Positions 49,007 through 62,809 of a stretch of 64,000 bases of DNA are shown piece after piece. The stretch is from Callorhinchus milii. Lineage: Eukaryota. Position numbers and translations under genes: made by a program. The stretch covers positions 67,210,001-67,274,000 of the forward strand of contig NW_024704742.1 of NCBI RefSeq assembly GCF_018977255.1, in the 5' to 3' direction. Under the pieces are notes generated by a model. The model searched no databases. It was given only the letters and a program-made list of their open reading frames with translations, and was not told the DNA's origin. The number at the start of each line of letters is the position of its first letter. The first letter of the stretch is position 1.

Positions 49007-50100
49007 AAAAACATGCTCTTAAACTTGCTTTGAAAACCCATCTTTTTGATTGCACCTTCAGCCCCACCACTCCCACTGTCGCTCATTCTGCTCAGGTTCC
49101 CATTCCGCCGCTCTAAAGAGCTTTGAGCTGTTCTCCAACATGAAAGGCACTATATGCAACAACAACTTGCATTTGTGCAGCGCCCTTCACACGGGTAGCG
49201 TCTCAGAGCACTTAAATAGATTCAAGCAGCTGTTGTTTTTACCCTCCATAAACATGAGCTCATACCATTTTGTCCTAATGTCTTCCCACAAGCATCAATC
49301 TGGGTTTACTTGCTCCAGCCCATTACATATCTTACATACCTCTGAATATTTATTTTATGGGTTGAATAGTTCTAATGTATTATTATGATTATAATAATCC
49401 ATGCAATTGGTAGTGCCTGTCACATTGGAGGATGTCTCAAAGTGCTTCACAGGATTGTTAATGTGTAGTTGTATCTAATTATTCCTCATAGCTCATCCTT
49501 CATAACCCTGGAATCAGCCTTGTTGCTCTCCTTTATACTGCCCTCTGCCTCCATGGGCTGGATGCTCTCCTTTTGGTGTGGCAATCTGAACTGTTTGCAG
49601 TTCTCCTTCCTCAATCTCTCTTCTCCTCATCCTCTGGTCTCACTGCCTTCCCCTCCTCCCTGAAATAATTTAAACCTGAGGGAATTTCAAGCGAGGAAGG
49701 AAAATTACGAAATATGTTAGGATTCAACTCAAATCTCCAGGCTTCCCAGCATTGCTTTGACCCCCGAAGTCTGGAAGAAATCGGTTGGGTCAGGAGGACC
49801 TGCAGACCCTTTTTAAGGTGGAATGAAAAAACACATTACAGGTGAAAGTTAGAGATAAATGAGAGGGTCGTTGCGCTCTTTGGAAGGGCCTTTGATGTTG
49901 CCAACCCAATCTGTTACACATTAAGTCAATTCACTGATAAACAGATTCCAGGGTATCATCTGCACTCCATATTCAGCTTTGAGGTTAGAAAAAAGGCAGA
50001 GATTTTTGTTTATATAAGAAAAAAAGAATGTTTTATTGCAGATTTGCTGTAAATGATGAGAGGGAGTGAGGATCCAGGATAAAAAACTTAATAATAATAA

Positions 50101-50291
50101 TAGAAAACAAAACACAAAATACTGCAGATGCTGGAAATCTGAAAGCAAAAATAGAAGTCACTGGGAACACTTAGCAGGTCAGGCAGCATTTATGGAGAAA
50201 GGAAAGTGAGTCAACGTTTCGGGTCCACAACGTGAACTTTCGGGTTCTGACGAAGGGTTGTGGACTCGAATCTTTGACTCACTTTCCTTTC
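50101..50291. mobile_element. Penelope-like terminal repeat in inverted arrangement, with hammerhead motif
   Basis: Minus copy 50101-50231 and plus copy about 50242-50291; 35-bp inverted arms matching at 32/35; CTGACGA core at 50247-50253. Confidence 0.68.
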
Positions 50292-51769
50292 AATAATAAT
50301 AATAGTCCTTGCATTTGATACAGCGCCTTATCAGGTCATTGAGACATCTCAAAGTGCTTCACAGGATATACTGTAAGTGTAGTGACCATGTATTTTGTGG
50401 GCGAAACACGGCAGCCATTTGCGCACAGGAATGTCCCGCAAACAGCCATGGAGTGAGTGAGCAATTGTATTTATGAGAAACACCCTTGTCTTTTTGAATA
50501 GCGCAGTTGTCTCTTATTATTGACAGCGGCTGAGTGCAATTTACGAATTTATGATGACGGGTGAGAGAGATCGAGAGAGAATTATAAACTGCTTAAGTGC
50601 AGTGGTGTAAACAGACTAACAGTCACCGGTGGATATCAGTTGCCGCCTTTGGGATGTGTTGGTCATTGGCGAGCAGTGAACCCGAGCAGAGAACAAAGCA
50701 ATTGGAAATCAGGCAACATTTCGGGCGTTTCAGGGCAGAAAGGAATGTCTGGGTTTGTGACGCTTGGTACTGACTGGCTCACAATCAGTCGAAACAGTGC
50801 GTAAAAAAAAGCGGGGAAACTATATTTTCCACTGAAGAAAGGTTTCAGTGATCCACGAAGGGATGTTGTTGTGTGTGCCAGACACGCAGATTTAGTTATA
50901 CCTGGGGCCATTGATCATTCCGTGCCTGATACTGCAATTGTTTCCTTAAATCCAGTTTCTGACATTCCGAGTTAATGGATTTATTCCTGTTCGGGTTGAA
51001 CTCAATCATGAAAACATAAGTCAGCCAGACTGCCTGAGTGCCCTCTCCCCCCATCCCACCCCACCCCACCCCACGCCATTAACATTACTTTATGGCTCTT
51101 TTAAAAAAATAGTTAGGGGCACCTGAAGTCAAAAGGAAGTACAATGCAATACAATTTACATATGTACAGCGTCTTTCACATGGGGAAGATAATAATATTT
51201 GTATTTGATATAGAGCCTTATCACGTCTTTAGGACATCTCAAAGCCCTTCACAGAATATACTGGAAAGTGGATTGACTGTATTACAGTCGTGGAGTGAGC
51301 AACCAAATATTTTTTGGCATGGATTATTATCTGCCAATTGACTAACAACGGGCTTCTGTTGGGTAAATATAGGGATGTGGGGTAAGTAAACTTGCCTAAG
51401 GTTTCACCCCACCTTTCACATGGGGTGAATGACTTAAAGAGCTTGACCCTACTGCTGGCTAGTACTTGTGCAAAGGGTGGGAGCACGGGGATGGGGTGGG
51501 GAGATGATAGATAACATAAAACGCGGTCAAAGAGGTATGTCTTGGAAATGAACTATAGATCCATAGAAATCCAGGTGGGAGGCCATTTGAATCAGGGCCC
51601 AGTCAGCAGTATCAAACACTCTGTGACAACTACCTGACATGAAAGAGGATAAAGCAAATAGTATTGTGTTGGGTCTGAGCATTTGCTCCTCCAAACAAGC
51701 TCTATTCTAATCCCAATTCTCTCGTTTCCCTGCATCCTACTACAATAATAATAATTGTAATACTAATCC

Positions 51770-52565
51770 ATAATAATCCTTGCATTTGATATAGTGCCTT
51801 ATCACTTTGTTTATACGTCTCAAAGTGCTTCACAGGTAAAGTGTGGTGACTGTGTGCATTTTATGGATGAATGCGTCAGCAAATTTCAAACAGAAGGGTT
51901 TCAAACAGCCATGAAGTGAATGACCAATTTTATTTGAGGGATTGTTGGCCAGGACACCAGGAGAAACTCCCTTCCCTTTTTGAATAGTGGCATGGCATCT
52001 TTAACATCCACATGAACAGGCAGACGGGGCCTTGGTTTAACGTCCCACCCAAAGGATGGCACCTCCAACAATGCAGCACTCCCTAGCGCTGCACTGGGGG
52101 GTCAGTCTGAACTATATGTGTTCAAAGTTCCATTGTGGGGCTTAAACCCACAACCTTCTGACTCAGAGGTGAGAGGACTACTAACTGAATCAGGCTGCCA
52201 CTTTGAGAAAGAAAATCACTTCATGGAACAAATATGTATTTATTCAAAAGCACTTTTCTTCATTCAGAAAGTTTTGGCTCAATCCACTTTCATTTAAACT
52301 TATCAAACAAATTACCCCCTTATTGTGCTCTGTCAGGAAACCATGAAAAACTCCCTTTGCTATTTGATTAGTGCCACAAGATTTTTAACATCAACTGAAA
52401 CAGACAGACATGATCTTGATTAAATGTCTCATCTGAATAGTGTCACCTCTGACAATGCAGCGTTCCCCCTCCCAGCTCTGCAGTGTCAGTCTAGACTGTG
52501 TCCCAATGTGGGGCTTGAACCAGAACTTTCTGACTCAGGAGGCAAGAGTGCTACCAACTGAGCAA
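51770..52565 (-). mobile_element. Two Deu-domain SINEs (51770-52200 full length; 52330-52565)
   Basis: Complete tail, Deu body and tRNA head on the minus strand. Confidence 0.85.
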
Positions 52566-53228
52566 CAGAGACAGACCAGGCTCTACAGGCTGAAAGGACC
52601 AAGTACTTTGAGACATGAAGTACTATATCAAAAATACAAGGATTATTATTATTTTAATATGACCCTTTCAGATGCCTGTAGGGATAACTGGTGAGGGTAT
52701 GTTCAGCTGAGGGGAATAGGAGGTTTGTGTGGAGCATAAACATTGGCATGGACTGGTTGGGACAAATGGCTTGTTTTCATTCCCCATCACTCTATGTAAC
52801 GTTTGGAATATTGTTTGCAGTTCTGTTCACACTCTTTTTTTTTGACCAGCCAGGTGTCTGACACATGTGGAAACCCATCCCCATGCTTAAGAGTATCCAA
52901 ACCAAACTGAGGTTTCCAGGTATCCCACCTACACATGGAAATCCCAGAGATAGATTGTGGAATGGAATGCACACGGTCTCCCTGGAGGGACACATCCTGC
53001 TTACCTAATCCAGAAAGTATTAGGCACAGGTTGGCAAGAGCCAAGGCTTGGGGACCCCAGAGTTTGCGTTGTACACTGCCTTCATGAGGTCGAAAAGAAA
53101 GGTCTGAAGCAGGCTTTAAATATAGGGAGGAAGGGAGAGAGGGAGGAAGGAGGTGAAGGGACTCTGAGATGGAGTGACAGAGAGCAGAGAAGAGTGGTTG
53201 AAAGCTGAACACCAATGATGAAGCGGGT

Positions 53229-53267
<39 letters not shown>

Positions 53268-53865
53268 CCTTGCATTTGATATACCGCTTTTCACGTCTTC
53301 TCGATGTCTCAAAGTGCTTCACAGAATAGACTGTAAAATAGATTTGCGTGGGGAACGTGAAACAGGCTGGTGTAAATTGAGTGCTGGGTTGGTCAGGTGC
53401 AGGAGATCATAGAAGCAGTGTGGGAAGAGGTCGTGAATGGGGTTTGAACGTGAGGATGAGAATCTTTAATTCGATCTATTCTATCCTTTCAATCCCTGAG
53501 CTCAGAGATTGAAGGGATACAATAAAAAAAGATAGGGGGAGGAATGTGAAACACGTCAGTCTTTCAAATGTCAAAGTAAGTTTAAACAGGTAATTTCACT
53601 TCGTTCACAAGTCTGATGAGTTATGAGTCTGGGCTGACCACAGGCAAAAGAAGTTCAATAAAAGTAAAGCAAGGTGCAGTGTGTAGGTTATTTAAAGCAG
53701 GTGTACATTTACTTCAGAGACAGGATAGATGTTGAAAGAGATCTAGGAGAGTGTTAGTTGACTCATCATTCATAATGACCAAACAGTTGTGAGGCAGCAA
53801 TAAAGAATGCGAACAGGATGCTGGGCTGCGATGCTAAATGCGTTGAATTCAGATCCCCAAGAGTC

Positions 53866-54210
53866 ATAATCCTTACATTTGACACAGAGCCTTACCACAT
53901 CATTTACACGTCTCAAAGCGCTTCACAGAATATACTGTAAAATTAATTGACTGTGCATTTTGTGGGCAACATGTGGCAACCAATTGCACACAGCAGTATC
54001 CCACAAACAGTCGTGGATTGAGTGACCAAATTATTATTTTTTAGGGGATTATTACCCCCGGAAAGCGATCCGCCAATCGAATACCAACTGGGTTCCTGTT
54101 TACTGCTAGGTAAACAGAGGCATGTGGAGTAAGGAAACTTGCCTAAGGAATTAGACCTAAGTCCTCTGGCTTGCGAGGCGAATGCTCTAACCACTGAGCT
54201 ACAGGACTCC
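53866..54210 (-). mobile_element. SINE family A
   Basis: Reverse complement of the family pattern. Confidence 0.9.
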
Positions 54211-54659
54211 AAGCTGCTGTCGTTCTGTACAGTTCTCTGCTCAGGCCAGACCAGTTTACAGTTCTGATCATTGTGATACAAAGGAGGCAGTATTAGGGGG
54301 GAAGAGAGCAGTAAGACTTGTCCCCACATCCTTCATGCGGGGGATGGGGGAGGGGTGAGGGCATCTTGGAGCGCTTATCAATGGAGTAGTTTGATTTCAA
54401 GACAGGGGAAAAGGGAAGGTAACTACAGGCACATTCGAAGAGGAAATTCTTCAGGTGAAAACTGAAGACAGACAAAGAAGGGGCAAGGTGAAAGCATTGA
54501 GGCAGGGAGTTCCAGAGATGACAGAAATTGATGCTGGTTAAGGTACATTACAGGGCAGAGATTTTTTGTGTAAATGAGATAACTGATATAGATTGAGTGA
54601 TTCCATGTTACACGTTTATAATCCCTATTATAACAATCCTTGCATTTAATACTGTGGCT

Positions 54660-56407
54660 ACTTGTCACCCACCACCAACTCTCTCCGTCCCTCTCATCCT
54701 CCCCACCATCAGCTCCTATCACGACCCCCATCCTACATTCCTTCCTCTCCATCTCTCCTTCCTCCCTCTCACCCACCATCACTTCAATGAAACCCACCTG
54801 CTACCTCGAACCCCTCCCCACCAACTTGCTGGTCACCCAGCTCCCCCTCCTCTGCCGACTACTGGCTGATGTCATCAACCAGTCTCTCTCCTCTGGATCA
54901 ATCCGTGCCCCCCTCAAAACTGCTGTGATCACCCCCCTCTTCAAAAAACCTTCCCTAGATTCCTCAAACCCCAGCCACTACTGCCCTATTTCAAACTTAC
55001 CCTTCCTCCACAAAGTCTTTGAACGCGTTGTTGCCAGTCAACTCTGCACACACCTCTCCTCCCACTCCCTCTTCGAACCCCTCCAGTCTGGTTTCCGCTC
55101 TGCCCACAGTACAGAGACTGCGCTTGTGAAAGTCTGAAACAACATCCTCTCTATCTGTGACCAGGGCTCCCTCTGCCTCCTTGTCCTCCTGGACCACTCC
55201 GCCGCTTTCGATACAGTCAATCATGCCATCCTCCTCCACCGCCTTTCCTCGTTCATCCACCTCAATGGGACTGCACTTGCCTGGTTTGAGTCCTACCTCA
55301 TGACCCTCCAGCAGTACATCTGCACAAACGGCCTTTTCTCCCACTCTCACCCGGTTACCTGTGGGGTACCCCAAGGATCCATCCTTGGCCCCCTCCTCTT
55401 CCTAATCTATATGCTCCCTCTTGGGGATGTCATCCGCAGACATGGGGTACACTTGCTTATGTATGTGGACGACACCCAACTCCATTTTTCCACGTCACTT
55501 TGCGACCCCCATTCCCCTGATGTTCTATCAGCCTGCCTGTCAAACCTCAGGAGCTGAATGAGCGCAAATTTTCTTCAGCTAAATGTTGACAAGACGGAAG
55601 CCATACTCTTTGGCTCTTGTTAATGTCTAAAATTGCACGGTTCTCACCTCCTCCACCTACTCGACCTCCCCCTAAAACTCTCCGAACCCATTCGCAACCT
55701 AGGCATCAATTTCGACCCCCAATTATCCTTCCTCCCCCAATCCAGTCCCTCACCAGCACTGCTTTCTTCCACCTCAGACGCATTGCCCGTCTCCGCCAAT
55801 GCCTCACCCCAAAAGCCGCCGAAACCCTGGTTCATGCATTTGTCACCTCTCGGCTGGACTATTCAAATGCCCTCCTCGCCGGTCTCCCCTCCACTACCAT
55901 TCATAAAATCCAGGTCATCCAGAACTCTGCCGCCTCCATTCTTACCCGCACCAAACTCCACTCCCCAATTACCCCAGTCCTTGCCAGACAGCACTGGCTG
56001 CCTGTCCCAGAGAGGATCTACTTCAAGATCCTCACTCTTGTCTTCAAATCCCTCCACTCCTCTGCACCCCCTCTACCTCTCTGACCTCCTCTCTCCTCAC
56101 AACAGTGCCCGTTGCCTTCGCTCCACTGGGTCTGGCCTCCTTCTTGTCCCCGAATCCTCTGCTCCACCCTCAGCGGCCGTGCCTTCAGCCACTACACCCT
56201 GCGGCTCTGGAACTCCCTTTCTCACTCCCTTCACCTCATCCCCCCTCTTCCTATTTTCAGGTCTCGGCTGAAGACCTTTCTTTTCGACCGCACCTTTGGT
56301 CACCTTCTTCCCCCTCTCCCTCTCAGCCCCGGGATCCGTTACTGTGAAGCGCTCTGAGACGCCGTACGGCGTGGAGGGCGCTATATAAATCCAAGTTGGG
56401 GTTGTTG
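54660..56407 (+). mobile_element. 5'-truncated L2 LINE (RT domain, stops/frameshifts)
   Basis: PISNLPFL, QSGFRSAHSTETAL, GVPQGSILGP, YVDDTQL, RLDYSNALL; L2 tail. Confidence 0.95.
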
Positions 56408-56586
56408 TACAATGTCAAGATGTCTCAAAGAGTTTCCCAAGGAACTGCTGTCAGGTGGAGTAACATGTTTTTGGAGACAAACGTTGTAGCCAATTTGCAC
56501 ACAGACTATGTCTCATGAACAAACATCCTTGAAGGGAGCAACAAATTTTATTCAAAGAAGCTCTCCTCTATTCAAATGCTGTCTTT

Positions 56587-56958
56587 GGAGTCCTATACAA
56601 TATTGGTTGAAGCACTTGCCTCCCAAGCGAGAGGACCCGAGTTCGATTGCCGAGCTAAGCGAAACTTTAGGTAAGTTTCCTTATTCCACACACCTCTGTT
56701 TACCTAGCAGTAAGTAGGAACTTGGTTGTTAGTTGATTGGCAGGGGTAATAATCGCTTAAAAAAAAAGTTTGATTACTCAATCCACGACTGTTTGTGGGA
56801 CACTGCTGAGCACAATTGGCTGCCACGTTTCACCCACAGAATACAGTTACTCAACTTTATAATATATTCTGTGGAGTGCATTGAGAGGTCTCAATGACGT
56901 GATAATAATAATTATTATCTAAGGCGCCACATCAAATGCAAGGATTAATATTATTATT
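56587..56958 (+). mobile_element. SINE family A
   Basis: Same head, body and tail. Confidence 0.88.
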
Positions 56959-58164
56959 CAATGTCCACCAGAACAGGACAGGCAGACAGGATCTTGGTTT
57001 AACGTCTCATCTCGAGGGGCTGAACCACAGCAGGCGTTTCCCAGCGCACCTCTCCCCTCCCCCCCTAGCACTGCACTGGAGCATCGGCCGGGACTGTGAG
57101 CTCCCAGTCTCTGCCTGGGGATTGAACTAACAACCTTCTGACCCAATAGAGAGATTTTCAGCAGAGGAGAGGAGCAGATAGGGAGGGGGAGAGGAAGGGG
57201 GAGTTGGTGTGGAGGAACACACTAAATGATTTACACTATTATGCTCAGCAATGCATTCTTACCACAAATCATGCCTCGCAGATGTTTGATGATGAAAACC
57301 TTGGCCATGCACTGCCAGATACAAAAAAGAGTACAGTACTCCTTGGCTTAATAAAACTTTATGATGTACAGTACTCATAAACATTTTGAAAGAGGAAGGG
57401 CAGTCACGGACAACATGTAGGCGATTTTATAGCATCTGGTTAGCATAACAAAATATGTGAGCTTTGCCCAAATGCCTTTGTGCATAAAACTGTCGCAGGC
57501 CTTACAGGATTAACAGCAGAATAGGGCATTTTATTCAGTAATTAATCAAAGGTTTTAATTGAATGATTCATGCAAAAACTACTTAGGGAAATCTTCAAAG
57601 AGGGGAATTTTGAAGTTTCTGTCGAAAAGAAAGGATGAGGCTTTGCACAGAGGCCACCTTTAGACCATTGGGTACAGGTTTTTGGCATTATACCTTAAAA
57701 GTGTCATTAAAAACTGCTGATGGTGTATTGGATAGAGGCTTATGGGCTGGATGGTTCGAATCCCAACGCATGCTGAGCTTGCCGGGGCTGCCTGAGGAAG
57801 ATAAATTAACTCTGAACTTCCCAAGATTATGGTGGGCAAAACTAGCTAGGGTTCCTGCCCCTTGCTCCCTTCAGCACCCTCTATTGGTTTTGTCTGTGTG
57901 TGGCAACCTTACAATACAATACAAAATTACATTGGTATAGCTCCTCTCACGTCGGGAGAATGTGTGCTGGACAGTCAGAGATTTGGACCTGAGCAGGTAC
58001 TTAGTCTTGGCTCCTCAACCCTCCAGAGGATCCTGCTGACACTCTGCTTGTGCTCATGAACAAAGGCCACTTGAGGTGGGTACTGGAAGACAATCAGTGA
58101 TCGTGGCAACTACATAAGAGTTTGAACAGATTGGGAGTAGAGAGGCATCTACCATCCAGGAGAC

Positions 58165-58430
58165 AATTCATAGAGTCATAGAATCTTGCAGCACAGAAGG
58201 CGGCCATTCTCGGTTATTGTGCCTGTGCGTTGCTGTTTGAAAGAGCCAGCCAACTCGCCCCACTCCCCCACTTTTATCCCATAGTTCTGCAAATTTTTCC
58301 TTTTCATGTACCTTTCCAATTCCCTTTTGAAAGTTATCAAATCTGCTTCCACCACCTTTTCAGGCAGTGCATTCCAGATTGTAACAACTCATTGGGTAAA
58401 CAAAAATTTTCTTGTTTCCCCTCTGGTTCG
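58165..58430 (-). mobile_element. CR1 LINE 3' end
   Basis: catagagtcatagaat tail and the reverse complement of the CR1 3'UTR. Confidence 0.8.
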
Positions 58431-58564
58431 TTAGAAAAAGTTATGGGCACATTTAAAAAAATGACTAATATTATTGAACTACTGGAGGGGTTTAGAGAAG
58501 AGCAAAGAAGTCAGAGGTCTAACTCACAAGAAAAGGTTTGCAGAACAAATCTTATTCTTATGTG

Positions 58565-58800
58565 GCAGCCTGGATCAGTTGGTAGCACTCAGAAGATTCA
58601 AGCCCCACATCGATACTTTGAACTCAGATAGTTCACCTAGTGAAATGGTTGACATTCCAATACAGTACTGGGGATGTGCAGCATTGTCGGAGATGCCGTT
58701 CTTTGGATGAGATATTAAACAGTGGTCCTGCCTGCCTGTTCAGATCCCATGGCACTATCCGAACAGAGGAGGGTGTTTCTCCTGGTGTCCTGGCCAGCAA
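58565..58800 (+). mobile_element. Deu-domain SINE
   Basis: gcattgtcggagatgccgttctttggatgagatattaaac...gatcccatggcactat. Confidence 0.82.
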
Positions 58801-59384
58801 ACCCCCAGATAAAACTGGGACTCAGGCAAGAGTGCTACCAGTTGAGCCAGGCTAACAGCTGCCAATATGAAGGATTATAGGTGTCGGATCCCGAAAAGCA
58901 ATATGACTGAAATGGCGAGCACAAGGAAGCCATACATCTAAGTTGAGGGGTCTAGAAACAAGATCTTTCAACCTCTCCTCATAACTGGTTGCTCTGGGAC
59001 CAAGATTTGTTGCTTTTCTCTGAACCCTCTCCAAACAGTTCAGTGTAAAGTGAAGGCACGGTGCCAAAATCTGCTCTCAGTGCCTTAAATGTGGTCTCGG
59101 CAATGACCCGTGCAAGGTCACCTCCTGATATACTGGATACATTGCAGTCATTCTAACTTCCAGTTTGCCATTGACCAGTTTCAAGATTGGAAGAAGCACC
59201 AACATTTTCTTTTAAATTGGGGGAAAGAGAAGTGGCAGACAGGTTGCCTCAGAAGCAAAGACGCTGATGGCTATTGAGAACTGGAAGTTCCGGTCACACT
59301 TGCCAATTTGCTCCAAGACCTAATTTTGGCCAAGGAAAAGCCCAAAAAGTTTGAGACCAGAAAGCAAGATATCACACTGTTTTA

Positions 59385-59690
59385 ATAATAATAATCCTTG
59401 CATTTGATACAGTGCCTTACCATGTTGTTGAGACGCCTCAAAGCGCTTCACAGAATATACTGTCAAGTGGAGTTTGTGTGCAAAACGCAGCAGACATTTG
59501 CACCCACAGTGTCCCACAAACAGTCATGGATTCAGTGACGAGATTTTTTTGAGAGTTTAAGTGATCCATCAATCGACGAACAACAGGGTTTCTACTTACT
59601 GCTAGGTAAACAGATGTGTGTGGAGTAAGAAAACTTGCCTAAAGTTACACCGGGTCCTCTCGCTTGTGAAGCGAGTGCTCTAACCATTAC
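59385..59690 (-). mobile_element. SINE family A
   Basis: Reverse complement of the family pattern. Confidence 0.85.
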
Positions 59691-60129
59691 TTCTCAATGA
59701 TGGGGTCAGACGAGAGAAAAGGGAGACGAGAAGGAGCTACTGACCATAGGCACGGTCGAAGTCAGCACCTTGGGACGTCCTCCTGACACGAAAGGCGCTA
59801 TACAAATGTAATTTGTTGTTGTTATTGTTGAAGAGGTAGGTTTTAAGGTGGGATTGAAACACAACGGGTGGGTAAGATGGAGGGGTAAGGGACAGGATTC
59901 CGCAGATTAGGGGTGCAGTAGTTGAAGGATCATTTCTGTCAACTTTAAGCATTTGAAAAATCTTAGCTATTTTTTGAATCTCAAACATCAGAGAGGTGGG
60001 CAGTAATGGTGGACAGGATGACATGGGGGTGGTGGGGGGGATCTTCATTACATTGATATAGTCTGAGGAAATCCGTGTTCTCAAACTCTGTTTCACAAGC
60101 CTTTGTTATCTGCTGCCTCGACTTTCACT

Positions 60130-60500
60130 TGCATTTCTCTCCCCAGAGTATCCCCAGATCCACCATCCAGAAGCTCCAATAAATCCAAACGTCCGCCGCC
60201 TGCACCATCACTAGCACCAAATTCCGCAGGTCCATCACTCCAGTCCTCGCCCGGCTCCCCTGACTTCCTGTCTCCCAATGGATCAACTTCAGGGTCCTCA
60301 CCCTTACCTATCAATCCCATCCCACACTCCAAGCCAACATCAGTGGCTGAGTCTTCAGCTACTGTGCACCTACCATCTGGAACTCCCTCCATCTACCCCT
60401 CCATCTGCTCCCTTCGATCTTTGACTGCACCTATGATTACCTTCCCACCCCCTCCCCTTCTGCTTTTCCCTTGCTCGGCATCCGACCCTGTCATTGGAAA
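60130..60500 (+). mobile_element. Degraded L2 LINE 3' fragment
   Basis: ccatcactccagtcctcgcccggctcc...tctggaactccctcc resembles the other L2 copies. Confidence 0.65.
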
Positions 60501-61382
60501 GTGCTCCAATATGCCATGGAGTATAAACACTGGCATAAACTAGGTGAGCTAAATGGCCAGTTTCTGTGCCATATCACACTACGTTATCCTAGAAGGGCGC
60601 TACATACCTGCAAGTTGTTCAGGAATGCGTTACAAAGGGCTGGAGATTTCAAATCGTGGGAACATTTTGAGTTACGTCACAGATGTCAGCCTGGCTCAGT
60701 TGGCAGCACTGTCATCTGTGGGTCAGAAAGTCATGGGTTCTCAACCCCCCATTTTGGGACTTTGAGCTCACAGTCTAGACTGATGCTCCAGTACAGTGCA
60801 GTGCTGGGTGAGTGCTGCATTGTTAGAGGTGTCGTGCTTCAGATGAGATGGAAACATTTCACTTGATAGTAGTTCCCCATGAAGTGTTTCTAGACTTTGA
60901 GCATTTGGGGTTTTCGGGAGCATTTTTAAGGCTTCATAAAGAACAAATTATTTCTTTGATGAAAATAGTGCAATCTCAAATGTTCCACCAGAGGGACTTC
61001 CAGCCAACCAGCCATCCCGAGCTGAACCTGGAGTTTATCCTTGTGTGTTTTAAACTTGGATAGAGAATAAAGCTAGTCTTGGTTGGATTCCACCCTGTCT
61101 GCTTTATTTTACCAGATATGTGCAACAATAGGTATTATCAAAGCACCGGCTGTGTAAATCAAAAGCATTAATGGAACACATCAAAGTATTTCTGAATTAT
61201 CCATGACCTGTGTCTGCTTTTGAAAAACATCAGTGCCTCTTTGACGGTCTTTCTTATGCTTTGGTAAATACTTCAATAAAAAATGTGCCTATTAAAAAAA
61301 ACAGTCGTGTGAAGAAGCTTGACTTTCAGCTGTAGCCAGAGTGAATACTGCATAACATGGGGTTCAGCAAACTTGCAAAGTG

Positions 61383-61725
61383 GGAGACCTGTAGCATAGT
61401 ATTTAGAGCACTCACCTCGCAAGTGAGAGGACCTGGGATTGATTCCCGGGCAGGGCGTGATCTTAGGCAAATTTCCCTACTCCACACGCCTCTGTTTACC
61501 TCACAGTAGGTAGGAACCTGGTTATTAGTTGATTGGTGGATTGCTTTTCTTGGGGGTAATAATCCCTTCAAAATAAATAAATAAATATAAAATAATAATA
61601 ATTTGGTCACTCAATCCACGACTGTTTGTAGGACACTGCTGTACGCATTTGGCTGCCACATTTCGTCCACAAAGTAAACAGTCAATTCACTTTACAATAT
61701 ATTCTGTGATATGCTTTGAGATGCC
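61383..61725 (+). mobile_element. SINE family A
   Basis: Same head, body and tail. Confidence 0.9.
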
Positions 61726-61729
61726 TCAT

Positions 61730-62020
61730 GAATAGCCATGTAAAAGTCATTTTATTGTGGGGATTGTTGGCCAGGACACCGGAACACATGGAAGAATCGT
61801 GCCATGGCATCTTGAACGTCAACCTGAACAAGCAGACAGGACCTCGATTTAACATCTCATCTGAAAGACGGCACCTCTGACAATGCAGCACACCCCCAAC
61901 ACTGAAATGGACTGTGAGTTTAGACTCCATGAGTTGAAAGGTCCGATATGGGGGCTTGAACCCACAACAACTTTCTGATTCAGAGGCGAGAGTGCTGCCA
62001 ACTGAGTCAGGCTGACATCT
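61730..62020 (-). mobile_element. Deu-domain SINE
   Basis: Deu body and tRNA head on the minus strand. Confidence 0.85.
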
Positions 62021-62809
62021 TGAATCTTTGAAATAAATTATTACCTTGCTTATTACAGCAACGTAATAAATTTGGGGAAAAATAAAAATTGTTCATGTAA
62101 TATCTTATTCCAGGATCGGCTTCAAGAGGCGCATAATATGATGTTCCAGATTCTAACAACCATTCCTTTGTATAAGATCTATCTTCTATTTTTTACTGTA
62201 TACCTCACACCTCTAATCGTACTTACTCCACACTTGCTCTCTGTCTTGTTTTCTGCTCAGCACTTTGGGACTTCCTCCCAATATGAAAGATGTTATACAA
62301 ATGTTTAAAATCCTAATGGGACCTAATGGAGGTGTTTAAAATGGGAGTTGAGGTACAGATCAGCCATGATTTTATAGAATGGCGGAACAGGCTCGAGGTG
62401 CTGAATTGCTTACTCCTGTTCCTATTATCCTAATTGACTGTTGTTGTTATTGTTGTTGTTGCTTTAATTTCATTTTGCTCACAAAATATACAGTCAATTC
62501 TCTTTACAGTATATTCTGTAAAGCACTTTGAGATGCGAAAAGGTGCTATATCAAATGCAAGGATTATTATTATATATTATATTTCTCTGAGCTTTCCATT
62601 GATGTTCCTTCTGAACTCCAAATAGTCTGTCCTATACAAATATCCTCCTCTGGGCATCCACACGGAGTTCACTTCAAGATTCCTAGCACCGTCTCCATTT
62701 CCAACTCACAGTCTAGTCTGGCACTCCAATACGGTGCTGGGGTGGAATGCTGTATTATCAAAGGTGATGTCCCTCAGGTGAGATGTTCAATCAAGGTTTA
62801 GCATCCTGA

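Noticed and set aside
53215..53412. Poly-Ile/poly-Tyr ORFs
   Set aside because: Translations of an expanded (AAT)n SINE tail.
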